The position numbers and the translations under genes were made by a program. Shown here one piece after another: positions 23,837 through 33,228 of a stretch of DNA of 64,000 bases (positions are counted from its first letter, which is position 1; every line of letters begins with the position of its first letter). Below the pieces are notes generated by a model, which saw nothing but the letters and a program-made list of their open reading frames with translations, was not told where the DNA came from and ran no database searches. Origin of the DNA: Candidatus Omnitrophota bacterium (lineage in GTDB: Bacteria > Omnitrophota > Gorgyraeia > Gygaellales > Profunditerraquicolaceae); the NCBI GenBank assembly GCA_963805065.1, contig CAWDSS010000010.1, forward strand, positions 275,696 through 339,695, written 5' to 3'.

Positions 23837-24401
23837 CCCTCTTGTTAAATATGTTCATAGTTTCAGTTGTCCCTTTAGTAACCCACACAGAGCAACATTC
23901 AGTTGCTCTGATAATCATTTCCCTGACCTGTTTACTTTCCTTCCTGTTAAAAGGCGATAATACGTAATCAGCGGCATCTGTATTCTTTAAGGGCCTGCCT
24001 ATGCCGATACGTAACCGCGCAAATTCATTATTCCTGAGTGAATTTATTATAGACTGGATACCGCGATGGCCGGCTGATGACCCGCCTGGCCTTAGTTTCA
24101 ACCTTCCGAATCCTAAGTCCAAATCATCGCAGACGACCAACAAATCAGCCAAATCTATTTTATACTTTCTAAGCAGGCCTGCTACTGCAATGCCTGATAA
24201 ATTCATAAAAGTTAACGGCGTTGCGATTAAGACAGCCTGGCCTTCAATTCGTAACTTAGCGCTTTTACAAAGAACTCCCCTCTCTCTTTTAAGAGAGGCT
24301 TTGTGAGATTTTGCGATATTCTTAACTACTGAAAAACCTATATTATGCCTTGAAAATGCGTAAATTAATCCCGGGTTACCTAATCCTACAATGAGCTTCA
24401 T
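23823..24401 (-). CDS. pth: peptidyl-tRNA hydrolase
   Basis: 192 aa: MKLIVGLGNPG...RHNIGF...DDLDLGFGRLKLRPGGSSAGHRG. Confidence 0.93.
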   Translation of the reverse strand: MKLIVGLGNPGLIYAFSRHNIGFSVVKNIAKSHKASLKRERGVLCKSAKLRIEGQAVLIATPLTFMNLSGIAVAGLLRKYKIDLADLLVVCDDLDLGFGRLKLRPGGSSAGHRGIQSIINSLRNNEFARLRIGIGRPLKNTDAADYVLSPFNRKESKQVREMIIRATECCSVWVTKGTTETMNIFNKRGDNE

Positions 24402-24473
24402 CGTATTAGCTATCAGCTTTCAGTCATCAGCTTTCAGCTGAAAGCTGGCAGCTGATAGCTGAGAGCTAAATTC

Positions 24474-25190
24474 CTATTTTTCTTTTTCTTTATCTTTTTC
24501 CTTCTTGCTTTCTTTGCCTTCTTCCTGACCCTCGCCCTCAACAGGCACTTCCTTCTTTTCTTTGATTACTTCGGGCTCCTGTGTTTCCTCGCCTTCAACA
24601 GGAGCGGCTGCAACTTCTTCCTTCATCGGTTCAGCTACAGAAAGCACAATTGCCGTCGGGTCATTTAAGACCTTAACCTTTGGCGGCAGGGTTAAATCCT
24701 TTATGTGCACTGAATCTCCGATCTTTAACTGGCTTACGTCAACCTCTACCTCTTTAGGAATATCGGTAGGCAGACACTCAACTTCAATTTCCCAAAGAAT
24801 ATGCTCTAAGGATCCGCCCTCCTGTTTTACTCCCACGGGCTCTCCCTTTGCAACTACGGGGATATTAACTTTTATTGCCTTAGTCAGGGAAACTTCGTTA
24901 AAATCCACGTGCACTATGTCTCCATGAACCGGGTCATATTGAATTTCCTTGATTAAACATGCCCTGGCCTTTTGTTTTTTGTCGTCCTTGATATTGAGAT
25001 TGATTATTATACCCTCAACCCTATGATGATGTACGAGTTTTAAAAATTCGCTGTGCAATAGTTTTAAAGGAGTTGCTATTTTGCCCTCGGCGTAAACCAC
25101 AGCCGGAATAAAGCCCTGCTGCCTTAAATCCTTAACCTTACCCTTGCCTAATTCTTCTCTAGGCTGCACATCTAAAAATATGTCTGCCAT
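24474..25190 (-). CDS. rplY: 50S ribosomal protein L25 / general stress protein Ctc form
   Basis: 238 aa with an L25 N-domain (RQQGFIPAVVY), the Ctc C-domain and an acidic/lysine-rich tail. Confidence 0.85.
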   Translation of the reverse strand: MADIFLDVQPREELGKGKVKDLRQQGFIPAVVYAEGKIATPLKLLHSEFLKLVHHHRVEGIIINLNIKDDKKQKARACLIKEIQYDPVHGDIVHVDFNEVSLTKAIKVNIPVVAKGEPVGVKQEGGSLEHILWEIEVECLPTDIPKEVEVDVSQLKIGDSVHIKDLTLPPKVKVLNDPTAIVLSVAEPMKEEVAAAPVEGEETQEPEVIKEKKEVPVEGEGQEEGKESKKEKDKEKEK

Positions 25191-25219
25191 TTCTCTACGC
25201 TCCGCTCGTTGTTTGCTTG

Positions 25220-26158
25220 TTAATCAAATAGTGAACTTACCGATTCTTCGTTGTGTATCCTTTTTATTGCCTCACCCAACAGGCCTGCGACTGACAGAAC
25301 TTTAATCTTCGGGCGCTTCTTATTGTTAGCTAAAGGAATACTGTCAGTGATTAAAAATTCCTGAATGTCTTTACAATTATCTATTCTTTCTATGGCTGGC
25401 CCCGATAAAACACCATGGCTAATAGCAGCCCTGATAGTCTTTGCCCCTTCTTGCTTTAATGCCTCTACAGCCTCAAGCAGAGAACTGCCCGTAGCAATTA
25501 AATCATCGACTATTACGGTGTTCTTTCCTTTTACCTCGCCTAAAATATGCATTACCTCTGTTTTTTCCGGAGAATCACGCCGTTTGTCTATTATGGCAAG
25601 GCCCGCAGAAAGCCTTTTTGCATATGCACGTGCCATTTTTATTCCGCCGACATCCGGAGAAACAATTACCAAATCTTTGAGCTTTAATTTCTCAATATAA
25701 TCTTTAAAAACTCCGATAGCAAAAAGATGATCCACGGGGATATCAAAAAACCCCTGGATTTGCCCGGCGTGCAGGTCCATGGTGAGTACCCTGTTTGCTC
25801 CGGCAACAGTCAAAAGGTTTGCTACCAGTTTTGCCGTAATGGGGACGCGCGGCTGGTCTTTTCTGTCCTGGCGCGCATAACCAAAATAAGGGACGACCGC
25901 AGTAATTCTGGAAGCCGAGGCCCTCTTTAAGGCATCGATCATTATCAAAAGCTCCATTAGATTCTCGTTGGGCGGAGGACAGGTAGGCTGGATTACAAAC
26001 ACATCTTTTCCCCGTACATTATCGTTAATCTTTAAGCGAATCTCTCCCTCGCTAAATTTAGTCACCAAAGCATCGCACAATTTAACTTTAAGGTACTTAC
26101 AGATATCCTTAGCTAATTTAGGATGGGCACTTCCACTGAATATACATAATTTATCCAT
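25220..26158 (-). CDS. prs: ribose-phosphate pyrophosphokinase
   Basis: 312 aa: PYFGYARQDRK, DLHAGQIQGFF, and a VDDLIATGSS PRPP loop. Confidence 0.95.
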   Translation of the reverse strand: MDKLCIFSGSAHPKLAKDICKYLKVKLCDALVTKFSEGEIRLKINDNVRGKDVFVIQPTCPPPNENLMELLIMIDALKRASASRITAVVPYFGYARQDRKDQPRVPITAKLVANLLTVAGANRVLTMDLHAGQIQGFFDIPVDHLFAIGVFKDYIEKLKLKDLVIVSPDVGGIKMARAYAKRLSAGLAIIDKRRDSPEKTEVMHILGEVKGKNTVIVDDLIATGSSLLEAVEALKQEGAKTIRAAISHGVLSGPAIERIDNCKDIQEFLITDSIPLANNKKRPKIKVLSVAGLLGEAIKRIHNEESVSSLFD

Positions 26159-26160
26159 GC

Positions 26161-27420
26161 TTACCTCTTTTTCTTAAGTATTTTTGCCGGAACGCCTGCG
26201 ACTATTGCGTTATCGGGGACGTTTCTATTCTTAAGCACGATACTGCCTGCGCCGGTAGAAGCACGCTTGCCGATTTTGACGGGAGCTACCAGCACCGTAT
26301 CAGAACCAATAAACGCACCGTCATTTATTACCGTGGCATTCTTTTTCTTGCCGTCGTAGTTAGCGGTAATAGTGCCTGCTCCGATATTTACCTTACGTCC
26401 TATAAGGCTGTCTGCAAGATAACTGAAATGTTTTGCGCGGCTTCCTGAAGAAATCCTTGAACGGGTGATTTCTGAGTAATTCCCGACCGACACATCATCA
26501 TCAAGTCGAACATTATCTCTTAAGTGACAAAATGGACCAACGCGGCAACGTTTACCAATTTTAACATTCCTTTCAATAACTGTAAAGGGATAAATAACCG
26601 AATCCTCGCCTATTCTTGTGCCGAAACTTATAAAAGTAGTGGCTGGATCTACGATGGTAACGCCGCTTTTCATTAGTTCTTCATTAATGCGAGCCTGCAT
26701 TATTGAATTTGCCTTGGCCAATTCAGAACGCGAATTTATTCCCAATGCCTCATTGATATCCGAAAGTTTGACTGCATCGATTAAATAACCCTTATTATAA
26801 AATATGGTTACGATGTCGGTTAAATAATATTCTTTTTTTCGATTATTAGGCCGTATCTGTTTAATACACTCAGTTAGCTTGTCTTTCTTAAAACAAATGA
26901 TACCGGTATTTATCTCTTTAATATCTTTTTGAAAATCATCGGCGTCTTTTTCTTCGATGATGCCATAGACGCTGGAATATTTATCCCTTAAAATCCTGCC
27001 ATAGCCAGTGGGTTTATCCAACTGCGCAGTTAAGAGTGTGGCGTCTAAAGCATTTTCTGTATGATATTTCAAAAGTTTATTTATTGTTTCTCTGGTTAGC
27101 AAAGGATTATCTCCGTAAAGAACCAATACGGTTCCTTTAAAATTACGCAGCAAAGCCAGCCCTTCTTTTACCGCATCGCCAGAGCCTCTTAGCCTTTTTT
27201 GTATGGCTATTTTTATTCCGGGGTTTAGCACTTTTCTTACATCCTGATGCTTATATCCTAAAACGCAAACAACTTTGCTAGGCTTTAAATTAGCTGCCAG
27301 GTCCAGGACATAACTAAGCATGGCTCTTTGGCAAATAGGATGTAAGACCTTGGGGGTCTTGGATTTCATCCTTGTGCTTTTTCCGGCTGCTAAAATAATA
27401 ATCGCAAGATTTTTATTCAT
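26161..27420 (-). CDS. glmU: bifunctional GlcNAc-1-P uridyltransferase / GlcN-1-P acetyltransferase
   Basis: 419 aa. The N-terminus is LAAGKSTRMKSKTPKVLHP, and the C-terminus is a hexapeptide-repeat acetyltransferase domain. Confidence 0.88.
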   Translation of the reverse strand: MNKNLAIIILAAGKSTRMKSKTPKVLHPICQRAMLSYVLDLAANLKPSKVVCVLGYKHQDVRKVLNPGIKIAIQKRLRGSGDAVKEGLALLRNFKGTVLVLYGDNPLLTRETINKLLKYHTENALDATLLTAQLDKPTGYGRILRDKYSSVYGIIEEKDADDFQKDIKEINTGIICFKKDKLTECIKQIRPNNRKKEYYLTDIVTIFYNKGYLIDAVKLSDINEALGINSRSELAKANSIMQARINEELMKSGVTIVDPATTFISFGTRIGEDSVIYPFTVIERNVKIGKRCRVGPFCHLRDNVRLDDDVSVGNYSEITRSRISSGSRAKHFSYLADSLIGRKVNIGAGTITANYDGKKKNATVINDGAFIGSDTVLVAPVKIGKRASTGAGSIVLKNRNVPDNAIVAGVPAKILKKKR

Positions 27421-27440
27421 AGTTTATTGAGTATGTTAAA

Positions 27441-27511
27441 TTGCCCGGTGAGGATTCGAACCTCAACAGTCAGACCCAAATTCTGATGTGCTACCATTAC
27501 ACAACCGGGCA
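27441..27511 (-). tRNA. tRNA-Gln (anticodon TTG)
   Basis: The reverse complement reads TGCCCGG TT GTGT AATGGTA GCAC A TCAGA ATTTGGG TCTGA CTGT TGAGG TTCGAAT CCTCA CCGGGCA A. The U1:A72 pair is typical of tRNA-Gln. Confidence 0.8.
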
Positions 27512-27538
27512 GATAATAGTTCGAACCTCATTTGCTAC

Positions 27539-27931
27539 TTAAACAGTAATTCCCTTTGCCTTTTCCTGTTCGTAACCCTCTAGAACTTTCTTTTGCAAAT
27601 ATTCCCTGAAGGACTGTGTTATGGGATGGGCAATGTCTTTGTGCTCTAATTGAGCTGTGCTTTGCGCTTCGGGAGTAGCCGGCTTAACTGTCATAGGCAG
27701 CGAAGAGCCGCACTGGTTACAATATTTGCTGCGCATTTCATTCTTAAAACCGCACTTTGGACACGGCTGCTTTATCTTCCTTGAAGGCATGGCAATAAAT
27801 AAACCGCTTGTGCCTTCTATGACTTTTATATTCCTGACCACGAAAGCATTATCCAAGGTTACCGTGGCATATGCCTTTAATTTTTTATCGGGAGAGTCTT
27901 TTAAAACCACCTTAACCTCTGTTATCTCCAT
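27539..27931 (-). CDS. spoVG: SpoVG-family protein with internal zinc-ribbon insertion
   Basis: 130 aa. The SpoVG core is MEITEVKVVLK...AYATVTLDNAFVVRNIKVIEG..GLFIAMPSRK...DIAHPI. It is interrupted by CPKCGFKNEMRSKYCNQCGSSL plus a ~25-aa linker. Confidence 0.8.
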   Translation of the reverse strand: MEITEVKVVLKDSPDKKLKAYATVTLDNAFVVRNIKVIEGTSGLFIAMPSRKIKQPCPKCGFKNEMRSKYCNQCGSSLPMTVKPATPEAQSTAQLEHKDIAHPITQSFREYLQKKVLEGYEQEKAKGITV

Positions 27932-27949
27932 ATTAACCTCCTAGTTGTT

Positions 27950-28891
27950 TCAAATTGTGCCTGTTACAAATACCTGTAAGGATTTATCCCAAGTTTTAAG
28001 CTTCCTGGCTAAAGTTGCTGCCTCCTTTCTTGCAGGAACAATAACAAACACAGCCGGACCGCTTCCGGACATCAAGATTGTTTTTAACCCAAGCTTACGA
28101 AGCTTATTCCTTATGGCTTGAACCTTCGGATAGTATTTAACCGTAACAGGTTCAAGGCTATTGAACAAAAAACTCCCACTGCGAGAAAGAGCATTCTTTT
28201 GCAATGCCGAAGTTAATAGTTTAACATCAAATTTTGGCATTGTCAACCCCGCGCCTTTTATTTTATTCATGTTTTTGTGATTTCTTTGAATGCCAAAAAG
28301 GTGCGGGGTCAACCCAGAATCTTCATCCCATTTTCTATATATAAAGGGCGTAGAAACTGCCAATTTAGGCACAACCAAGACATGCCAAAGCTTTGTATCT
28401 TTAAGCGCCGCTAATGGTTTTATTTCATCTCCACGGCCACTACCTATTGCAAAACAAGACTCATAAACAAAAAATGGCACATCGCAGCCTATTCTTTTGG
28501 CTAGCCGCAAGAGGCTATCTTTGGATAAATGCAGTTTCCAGAGTTTGTTTAAGCCCAGAAGAACAGCTGAGGCATTACTAGAGCCTCCTGCCAGCCCTGC
28601 TCCTACCGGGATACGCTTTACAATTTCTATATCTAAGCCTTTATTCATATGAAGGGTTTCCCGCAATAATGCAGCGCTTTTAAAGCAAAGATTGGAACTG
28701 TTTTTAGGGACAGCGGGATTTTTACATACAATCTTTATTTTTTTGTCCGCACGGGTTCTTAAAAGGATTCTGTCGACAAGGTCTATTCGTTCGAATAGTG
28801 TTTTAATGTTGTGGTAGTTGTCTTTGCGTTTATTTAAGACTTCAAGGCAGAGGTTTAATTTAGCGTAGGAGTTTAAGGCTAGGCTTTCCAC
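27950..28891 (-). CDS. ispE: 4-diphosphocytidyl-2-C-methyl-D-erythritol kinase
   Basis: 313 aa. It has the GHMP-kinase motif PVGAGLAGGSSNASAVL and an N-terminus AKLNLCLEV. Confidence 0.9.
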   Translation of the reverse strand: MESLALNSYAKLNLCLEVLNKRKDNYHNIKTLFERIDLVDRILLRTRADKKIKIVCKNPAVPKNSSNLCFKSAALLRETLHMNKGLDIEIVKRIPVGAGLAGGSSNASAVLLGLNKLWKLHLSKDSLLRLAKRIGCDVPFFVYESCFAIGSGRGDEIKPLAALKDTKLWHVLVVPKLAVSTPFIYRKWDEDSGLTPHLFGIQRNHKNMNKIKGAGLTMPKFDVKLLTSALQKNALSRSGSFLFNSLEPVTVKYYPKVQAIRNKLRKLGLKTILMSGSGPAVFVIVPARKEAATLARKLKTWDKSLQVFVTGTI

Positions 28892-28920
28892 TTATGAACC
28901 CAATTTAAAAACTAGTAAAT

Positions 28921-28981
28921 AATGGGGACGTTTCTATTTTTATGCTAATCTGGAGACGTTAAAAATAGAAACGTCCCCATT
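28921..28981 (-). terminator. GGGGACG hairpin family copy 2 (terminator-like)
   Basis: AATGGGGACGTTTCTATTTTT / AAAAATAGAAACGTCCCCATT. It starts 3 nt after the transketolase stop, and on the minus strand it is followed by ATTTACTAGTTTTT. Confidence 0.6.
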
Positions 28982-28984
28982 ATT

Positions 28985-29914
28985 TTAAGAAGCGATTCTT
29001 AATGCTACTTTTTCTATATCGGCGCTTGTAAGATTATACTCTTTTAAAAGTTCCTCGGGTTCTCCTGACTGGCCATATCTGTTTTTTATGCCCAGGCACA
29101 TTACTTTGGTGGGATGATTCTCCACAACAATTTCATCAACTGCCGAGGCAAGGCCTCCGATAACTGAATGTTCTTCGCATACCAAAATGGCACGGGTTTC
29201 TTTGGCTGCTTTTAATATTGCCTGCGCATCAAAAGGCCTGATAGTATGAATATTAATAACACGCACCTTTATACCTTTATTAAGAAGGTTTTTAGCGGCA
29301 ACAAGCGCCTCTTGAACCATAATCCCGCAGGCGACGATTGCTAAATCATTTCCTTCAGTCAAAACCTGTGCCTTGCCTAATATAAACTCACCCTTGTTTT
29401 CAATGGTAGTAACTTTAGGCCTGCCCAGGCGTACATAAAAGGGGCCCTTATTATTTGCAGCAGCCATTATAGCATCTCTTGTTTGAGGCCCGTCGCAGGG
29501 GACAATTATGTTCATATTCGGTATTACCCTCATAAGTGCTATATCTTCCAAGGCCTGGTGGCTTGCTCCGTCAGGCCCGACGGTGATACCGGCATGCGTA
29601 GCTACTATTTTAATATTGAAGTTATTGTAACAAACGGAATTTCTCACCTGATCCCAGGCCCTTCCAGCTGCAAATATGGCAAAAGTGGAAGCAAAAACTG
29701 TTTTTTGACAGCTGGCAATGCCAGCTGCAGTTGCCATCATGTTTTGTTCAGCTACACCGAAATTAAAAAATCTATCTGGGAATTCTTTGGCAAACAGGCC
29801 TGTGCGAGTTGAGCCGGATAAATCAGCATCCAGAACGACTATGTTCTTATTAGCCTTTCCTAGCTCGACCAGGGCCTTGCCGTAAACATCACGTTGATAA
29901 AGTTGCTCTGCCAT
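28985..29914 (-). CDS. transketolase, C-terminal (pyrimidine-binding) subunit
   Basis: 309 aa: FGVAEQNMMATAAG, HAGITVGPDGASHQALEDIA. It is start/stop-coupled to the N-terminal subunit. Confidence 0.9.
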   Translation of the reverse strand: MAEQLYQRDVYGKALVELGKANKNIVVLDADLSGSTRTGLFAKEFPDRFFNFGVAEQNMMATAAGIASCQKTVFASTFAIFAAGRAWDQVRNSVCYNNFNIKIVATHAGITVGPDGASHQALEDIALMRVIPNMNIIVPCDGPQTRDAIMAAANNKGPFYVRLGRPKVTTIENKGEFILGKAQVLTEGNDLAIVACGIMVQEALVAAKNLLNKGIKVRVINIHTIRPFDAQAILKAAKETRAILVCEEHSVIGGLASAVDEIVVENHPTKVMCLGIKNRYGQSGEPEELLKEYNLTSADIEKVALRIAS

Positions 29915-30735
29915 TATTCCAATTCCTTTAAAGCTTTTTCCGCTTCTTCATTTGTCGGTGCGCGGCCGTGAAAATCGCAGACGTTTTCCATAAAAGACAC
30001 GCCTTTACCTTTTATGGTATGGGCAATGATAATTGCGGGTTTTCCTTTTGTTTTTTTGGCTTCCTCATACGCAGACAAAATTTGTTTCATATCGTGGCCG
30101 TTTATTTCTATGGTATGCCAGCCAAAAGATTGCCACTTGGCAACAACAGGCTCTAATTCCATAATATCGCAAATTTTCCCGTCGATTTGAAAACCATTGT
30201 AATCTAAAATCGCGCACAGATTGTCGCATTTATAATGAGCGCAAGCCATTGCCGCTTCCCAAATATTTCCTTCCTGTGTTTCTCCGTCACCCATAAGCAC
30301 ATACACCCGGTAATCCTTTTTGTCAATTCTGGCTGCCAGGCTCATCCCCAAGCCAACAGATAAACCCTGGCCCAAAGAACCGGAAGCAGCTTCTACTCCA
30401 GGAGTACGCCTGTCAGGATGGCCTTGCAACATCGAACCCAATTGCCTTAAGGTAAGCAATTTATCTTTGGGGAAATAACCTGATTCTGCTAATACCGCAT
30501 ATAGTAACGGACAGCAATGGCCTTTTGACAAATGAAACCTGTCTCGATCAGACCAGGATGGATCTTTAGGATTATACTGTAATACGCTAAAATATAAGGC
30601 AGTAATTAAATCCGCTGCAGACAGGCTTCCTCCGGGGTGACCTGAACCTGCCTTAGCAAGCATCTGTATAATCAGCCGCCTTATTTGCTTAGCTTTATTT
30701 TCTAATTCTTTAATTTGGTTATCGGTATATTGCAT
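29914..30735 (-). CDS. transketolase, N-terminal (TPP-binding) subunit
   Basis: 273 aa: GSGHPGGSLS, LSKGH, GDGETQEGNIWEA. Confidence 0.9.
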   Translation of the reverse strand: MQYTDNQIKELENKAKQIRRLIIQMLAKAGSGHPGGSLSAADLITALYFSVLQYNPKDPSWSDRDRFHLSKGHCCPLLYAVLAESGYFPKDKLLTLRQLGSMLQGHPDRRTPGVEAASGSLGQGLSVGLGMSLAARIDKKDYRVYVLMGDGETQEGNIWEAAMACAHYKCDNLCAILDYNGFQIDGKICDIMELEPVVAKWQSFGWHTIEINGHDMKQILSAYEEAKKTKGKPAIIIAHTIKGKGVSFMENVCDFHGRAPTNEEAEKALKELE

Positions 30736-30736
30736 T

Positions 30737-31750
30737 TTACTTTTGAGTTTTGCTTTTTTCGTTTTGAGTTATTTTCTCTAGCTTCTGTTTTACCTTATCC
30801 TGTTTTGCGTCCAATTTCAAGGACTTCTGCCAATTTAATTTTGCATTAGCGGGATCATTTAATTTAAGGTAGGCATCCCCCAAGTGGTCATATATAACCG
30901 GATCTTCCATCAATGAGCTTGCTTTTTGTAACTGTGTTAGCGCCTCTTTGAATTTTCCTTTCTTAAAATAAAACCAGCCGAGGCTGTCAATATATGCGCC
31001 GTTATCAGGGGATAATTCCAGCGCCTTTTTTATCATCGCCTCTGCCTGGTCTAAATTCTTATCACTATCAACATACATATAACCTAAAAAATTCAAGGCA
31101 TCGTCGTAATCGGGCTTTAATGCAAGCGCTTTTTTCAGCTCTGTCTCTGCCGTATTATTATCTTTAAGCTCGTTGTAAACACTGGCTAAATAAAAGTGGG
31201 CTTCAGCGTCATTAGCGGACAACTTTATTACTAATTTGTATATCGCCTCTGCCTGTTTAAATTTCTTCTGCTGTACGTAAATTGCCCCCAGGCTCTTATA
31301 AATATCTATATTATCAGGTTGAAGCTTGGAAGCGTTTTTAAGCGCGGTTTCGTATTCTCCTGCCGCCTCATCCTGTTTGTTCTGTGAAGAATAAAGGATC
31401 GCTAATATGGCATGCGGCTCTACAGCACCGGGATCAAGTTTTATCACGGTATTTAATTCATCTACGGCCTTAGGGATATTGTTATTTTTTATGAAACTGG
31501 CGGCTAAACTTAAATGTACCACGGAATTTTCAGGCTCTGATTTTAGAACCTTTTTGTATTCCTGGATGGCTTGCTCTGCCTGGCCCAGGTCATCATACAT
31601 AACACCCATCATATAGTGGCTAAGGGCATAAGAAGCCTTACGGTCCAAGGCAAAACTGTTTGTTGTCACAAACAAGGTTGTAGCGACGCTTAAAAGCAGA
31701 CTGCACCTACACATTATGCGAGGTATCATAAGTGTTATGTTTAAAGACAC
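30737..31750 (-). CDS. secreted tetratricopeptide-repeat protein
   Basis: 337 aa with an N-terminal signal/anchor and about 8 canonical TPR units (e.g. AEAHFYLASVYNELKDNNTAETELKKALALKPDYDDA). Confidence 0.75.
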   Translation of the reverse strand: MSLNITLMIPRIMCRCSLLLSVATTLFVTTNSFALDRKASYALSHYMMGVMYDDLGQAEQAIQEYKKVLKSEPENSVVHLSLAASFIKNNNIPKAVDELNTVIKLDPGAVEPHAILAILYSSQNKQDEAAGEYETALKNASKLQPDNIDIYKSLGAIYVQQKKFKQAEAIYKLVIKLSANDAEAHFYLASVYNELKDNNTAETELKKALALKPDYDDALNFLGYMYVDSDKNLDQAEAMIKKALELSPDNGAYIDSLGWFYFKKGKFKEALTQLQKASSLMEDPVIYDHLGDAYLKLNDPANAKLNWQKSLKLDAKQDKVKQKLEKITQNEKSKTQK

Positions 31751-31789
31751 AGCATAATTAGCGTGTCCTGGAAGGCTATAATCGGGGAT

Positions 31790-31891
31790 TTAACCCCAGG
31801 CTCTCTTCTTCAGATGGCGTAGGCGTCTACGCATCTTTTTTCTTTTATGAGTCCTGATTTTTCTTCTTTTTCTTTTTCTGCCGCAAGGCAT
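31790..31891 (-). CDS. 33-aa highly basic protein, bS22/AURKAIP1-like small ribosomal-type protein
   Basis: Hand-translated as MPCGRKRKRRKIRTHKRKKMRRRLRHLKKRAWG, with SD AAGGAG 8 nt upstream. It is below the ORF-track cutoff. Its pattern resembles the actinobacterial/Bacteroidota bS22 peptide (KRRKRM.KKKHRKLL.R.R). Confidence 0.5.
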   Translation of the reverse strand: MPCGRKRKRRKIRTHKRKKMRRRLRHLKKRAWG

Positions 31892-32002
31892 AGCCTCGCT
31901 CCTTTCAGTCGCTCGGAAGTCAAAATGTAAAAGTTAACTTAAAATTTAAAAGTTTTTACTTTTTACTTGTACTTTTTACTTTTGGCTTTTTACTTTTAAC
32001 TT

Positions 32003-32887
32003 TTAATAGATTACTTTATTCAACGGGTACTCAATAATTCCCTGGGCACCTGCTTTTTTTAATTCGGGAATTAAAACCCGTACAATTTTTTCGTCAATCA
32101 CTGTTTCAATAGCGAACCAGCCTTCTTCCGAAAGCCCGGATATAGTCGGCCTTTTTAAAGCCGGCAGCTTCTTAATAACTTTTCCTAAATCCTGCTTTCT
32201 AACGTTCATTTTTAGTCCGACCTTCTCTTCTGCACTGATTGCGCCCTTCAAGAGAAGCGCAATTTGTTCCATTTTTGATTTTTTCCACTCTTGCTTATAG
32301 GAATCCTTATTGGCGATGAATCGGGTAGTAGATTCACAAAGTGTGGCGATTTCTACCAGTTTATTTGCCCGAAGGCTCTTTCCGGTTTCTGTCAATTCCA
32401 CAATCGCATCCACTAATCCAGCGCTTACCTTTACTTCGGTTGCTCCCCAGCTGAATTCCACATCTACATTTACTTTGTTTTTCTTAAAATAATCCTTGGT
32501 AACGTTGACCAACTCTGTGGCAATGCGCTTTCCGGAAAGATCTTTAAGGGATTTAATCCCTGAATCCTGCGGCACTGCCAAAACCCACCTTACCTTGCTT
32601 AAACTCTGTTTGGCATAAACCAAGTCAGTTATCGTTACGCAATCCGACTTATTCTCTAGTATCCAGTCATTACCGGTAATCCCGCAATCCAAAGCCCCAT
32701 CCTGGACATACCGAGACATTTCTTGCGCACGCAGCAAAACCGGCTCAATCTCCGGGTCATCTATCGACGGAAAATACGAGCGCTCGCTGGGCAGGGAAAC
32801 ATTGAAACCTGCTTTTTTGAACATTTTAAAGGTGGCCTCCTGGAGGCTCCCCTTTGGTAACCCTAATTTCAGCACTTTATCGCTCAT
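32003..32887 (-). CDS. hisG: ATP phosphoribosyltransferase, long form
   Basis: 294 aa: [21 protein letters not shown], and a C-terminal regulatory domain is present. Confidence 0.9.
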   Translation of the reverse strand: MSDKVLKLGLPKGSLQEATFKMFKKAGFNVSLPSERSYFPSIDDPEIEPVLLRAQEMSRYVQDGALDCGITGNDWILENKSDCVTITDLVYAKQSLSKVRWVLAVPQDSGIKSLKDLSGKRIATELVNVTKDYFKKNKVNVDVEFSWGATEVKVSAGLVDAIVELTETGKSLRANKLVEIATLCESTTRFIANKDSYKQEWKKSKMEQIALLLKGAISAEEKVGLKMNVRKQDLGKVIKKLPALKRPTISGLSEEGWFAIETVIDEKIVRVLIPELKKAGAQGIIEYPLNKVIY

Positions 32888-33027
32888 TTTTGATTATCCT
32901 TTTTAGTTCCAGTTTAAATTTCTGGCGCGAATATATTAACAGCCCAGGTTTTTCTCAACTTTATGGGCCTCTTTTTCACGGAGAATCATTATAGCGGTCT
33001 TACGGCGTTTTGTAAAGTAAAAAGTTC

Positions 33028-33167
33028 TAATGAATCTGTCGGTTTTCTCACCAATGGACGGGTCCTGCCTGCCAAGCCACCTCGCCGTGCTCGCTCACGC
33101 TCCGCGCGGCAAGGGCTTCGGCTTGTCAGTCACCCGTCCATACGCTTGAAAACCGCCAGATTCATTA
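33028..33167. repeat. GC-rich long-hairpin element with 19-20-nt terminal inverted repeats, copy 1 (140 nt)
   Basis: The ends are TAATGAATCTGTCGGTTTTC ... GAAAACCGCCAGATTCATTA. Interior pairings are ATGGACGGGT/ACCCGTCCAT, GCCAAGCC/GGCTTCGGC and GCCGTGC/GCGCGGC. The ends are shared with 46018-46243. Confidence 0.7.
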
Positions 33168-33198
33168 ATATAATGGGGGCGGTGGCTGAATTTTGTAA

Positions 33199-33226
33199 TT
33201 GCAATATTTGATTTTTAAATTATAAT
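33199..33226 (+). promoter_or_regulatory. sigma70-type promoter candidate for the ppiD-like gene
   Basis: TTGCAA, a 16-nt spacer, then TATAAT. It lies about 3 nt upstream of the start of the conserved leader element. Confidence 0.5.
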
Positions 33227-33228
33227 CA

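Noticed and set aside
32963-33211. ORFs inside the GC-rich long-hairpin elements: 32963..33211 (+), 46020..46208 (+), 46042..46242 (-), and also 33226..33456 (-) and 47411..47638 (+).
   Set aside because: These open frames arise from GC-rich, stop-poor palindromic DNA. There is no SD, the reading frame is not conserved between the two element copies, and they overlap better-supported features.
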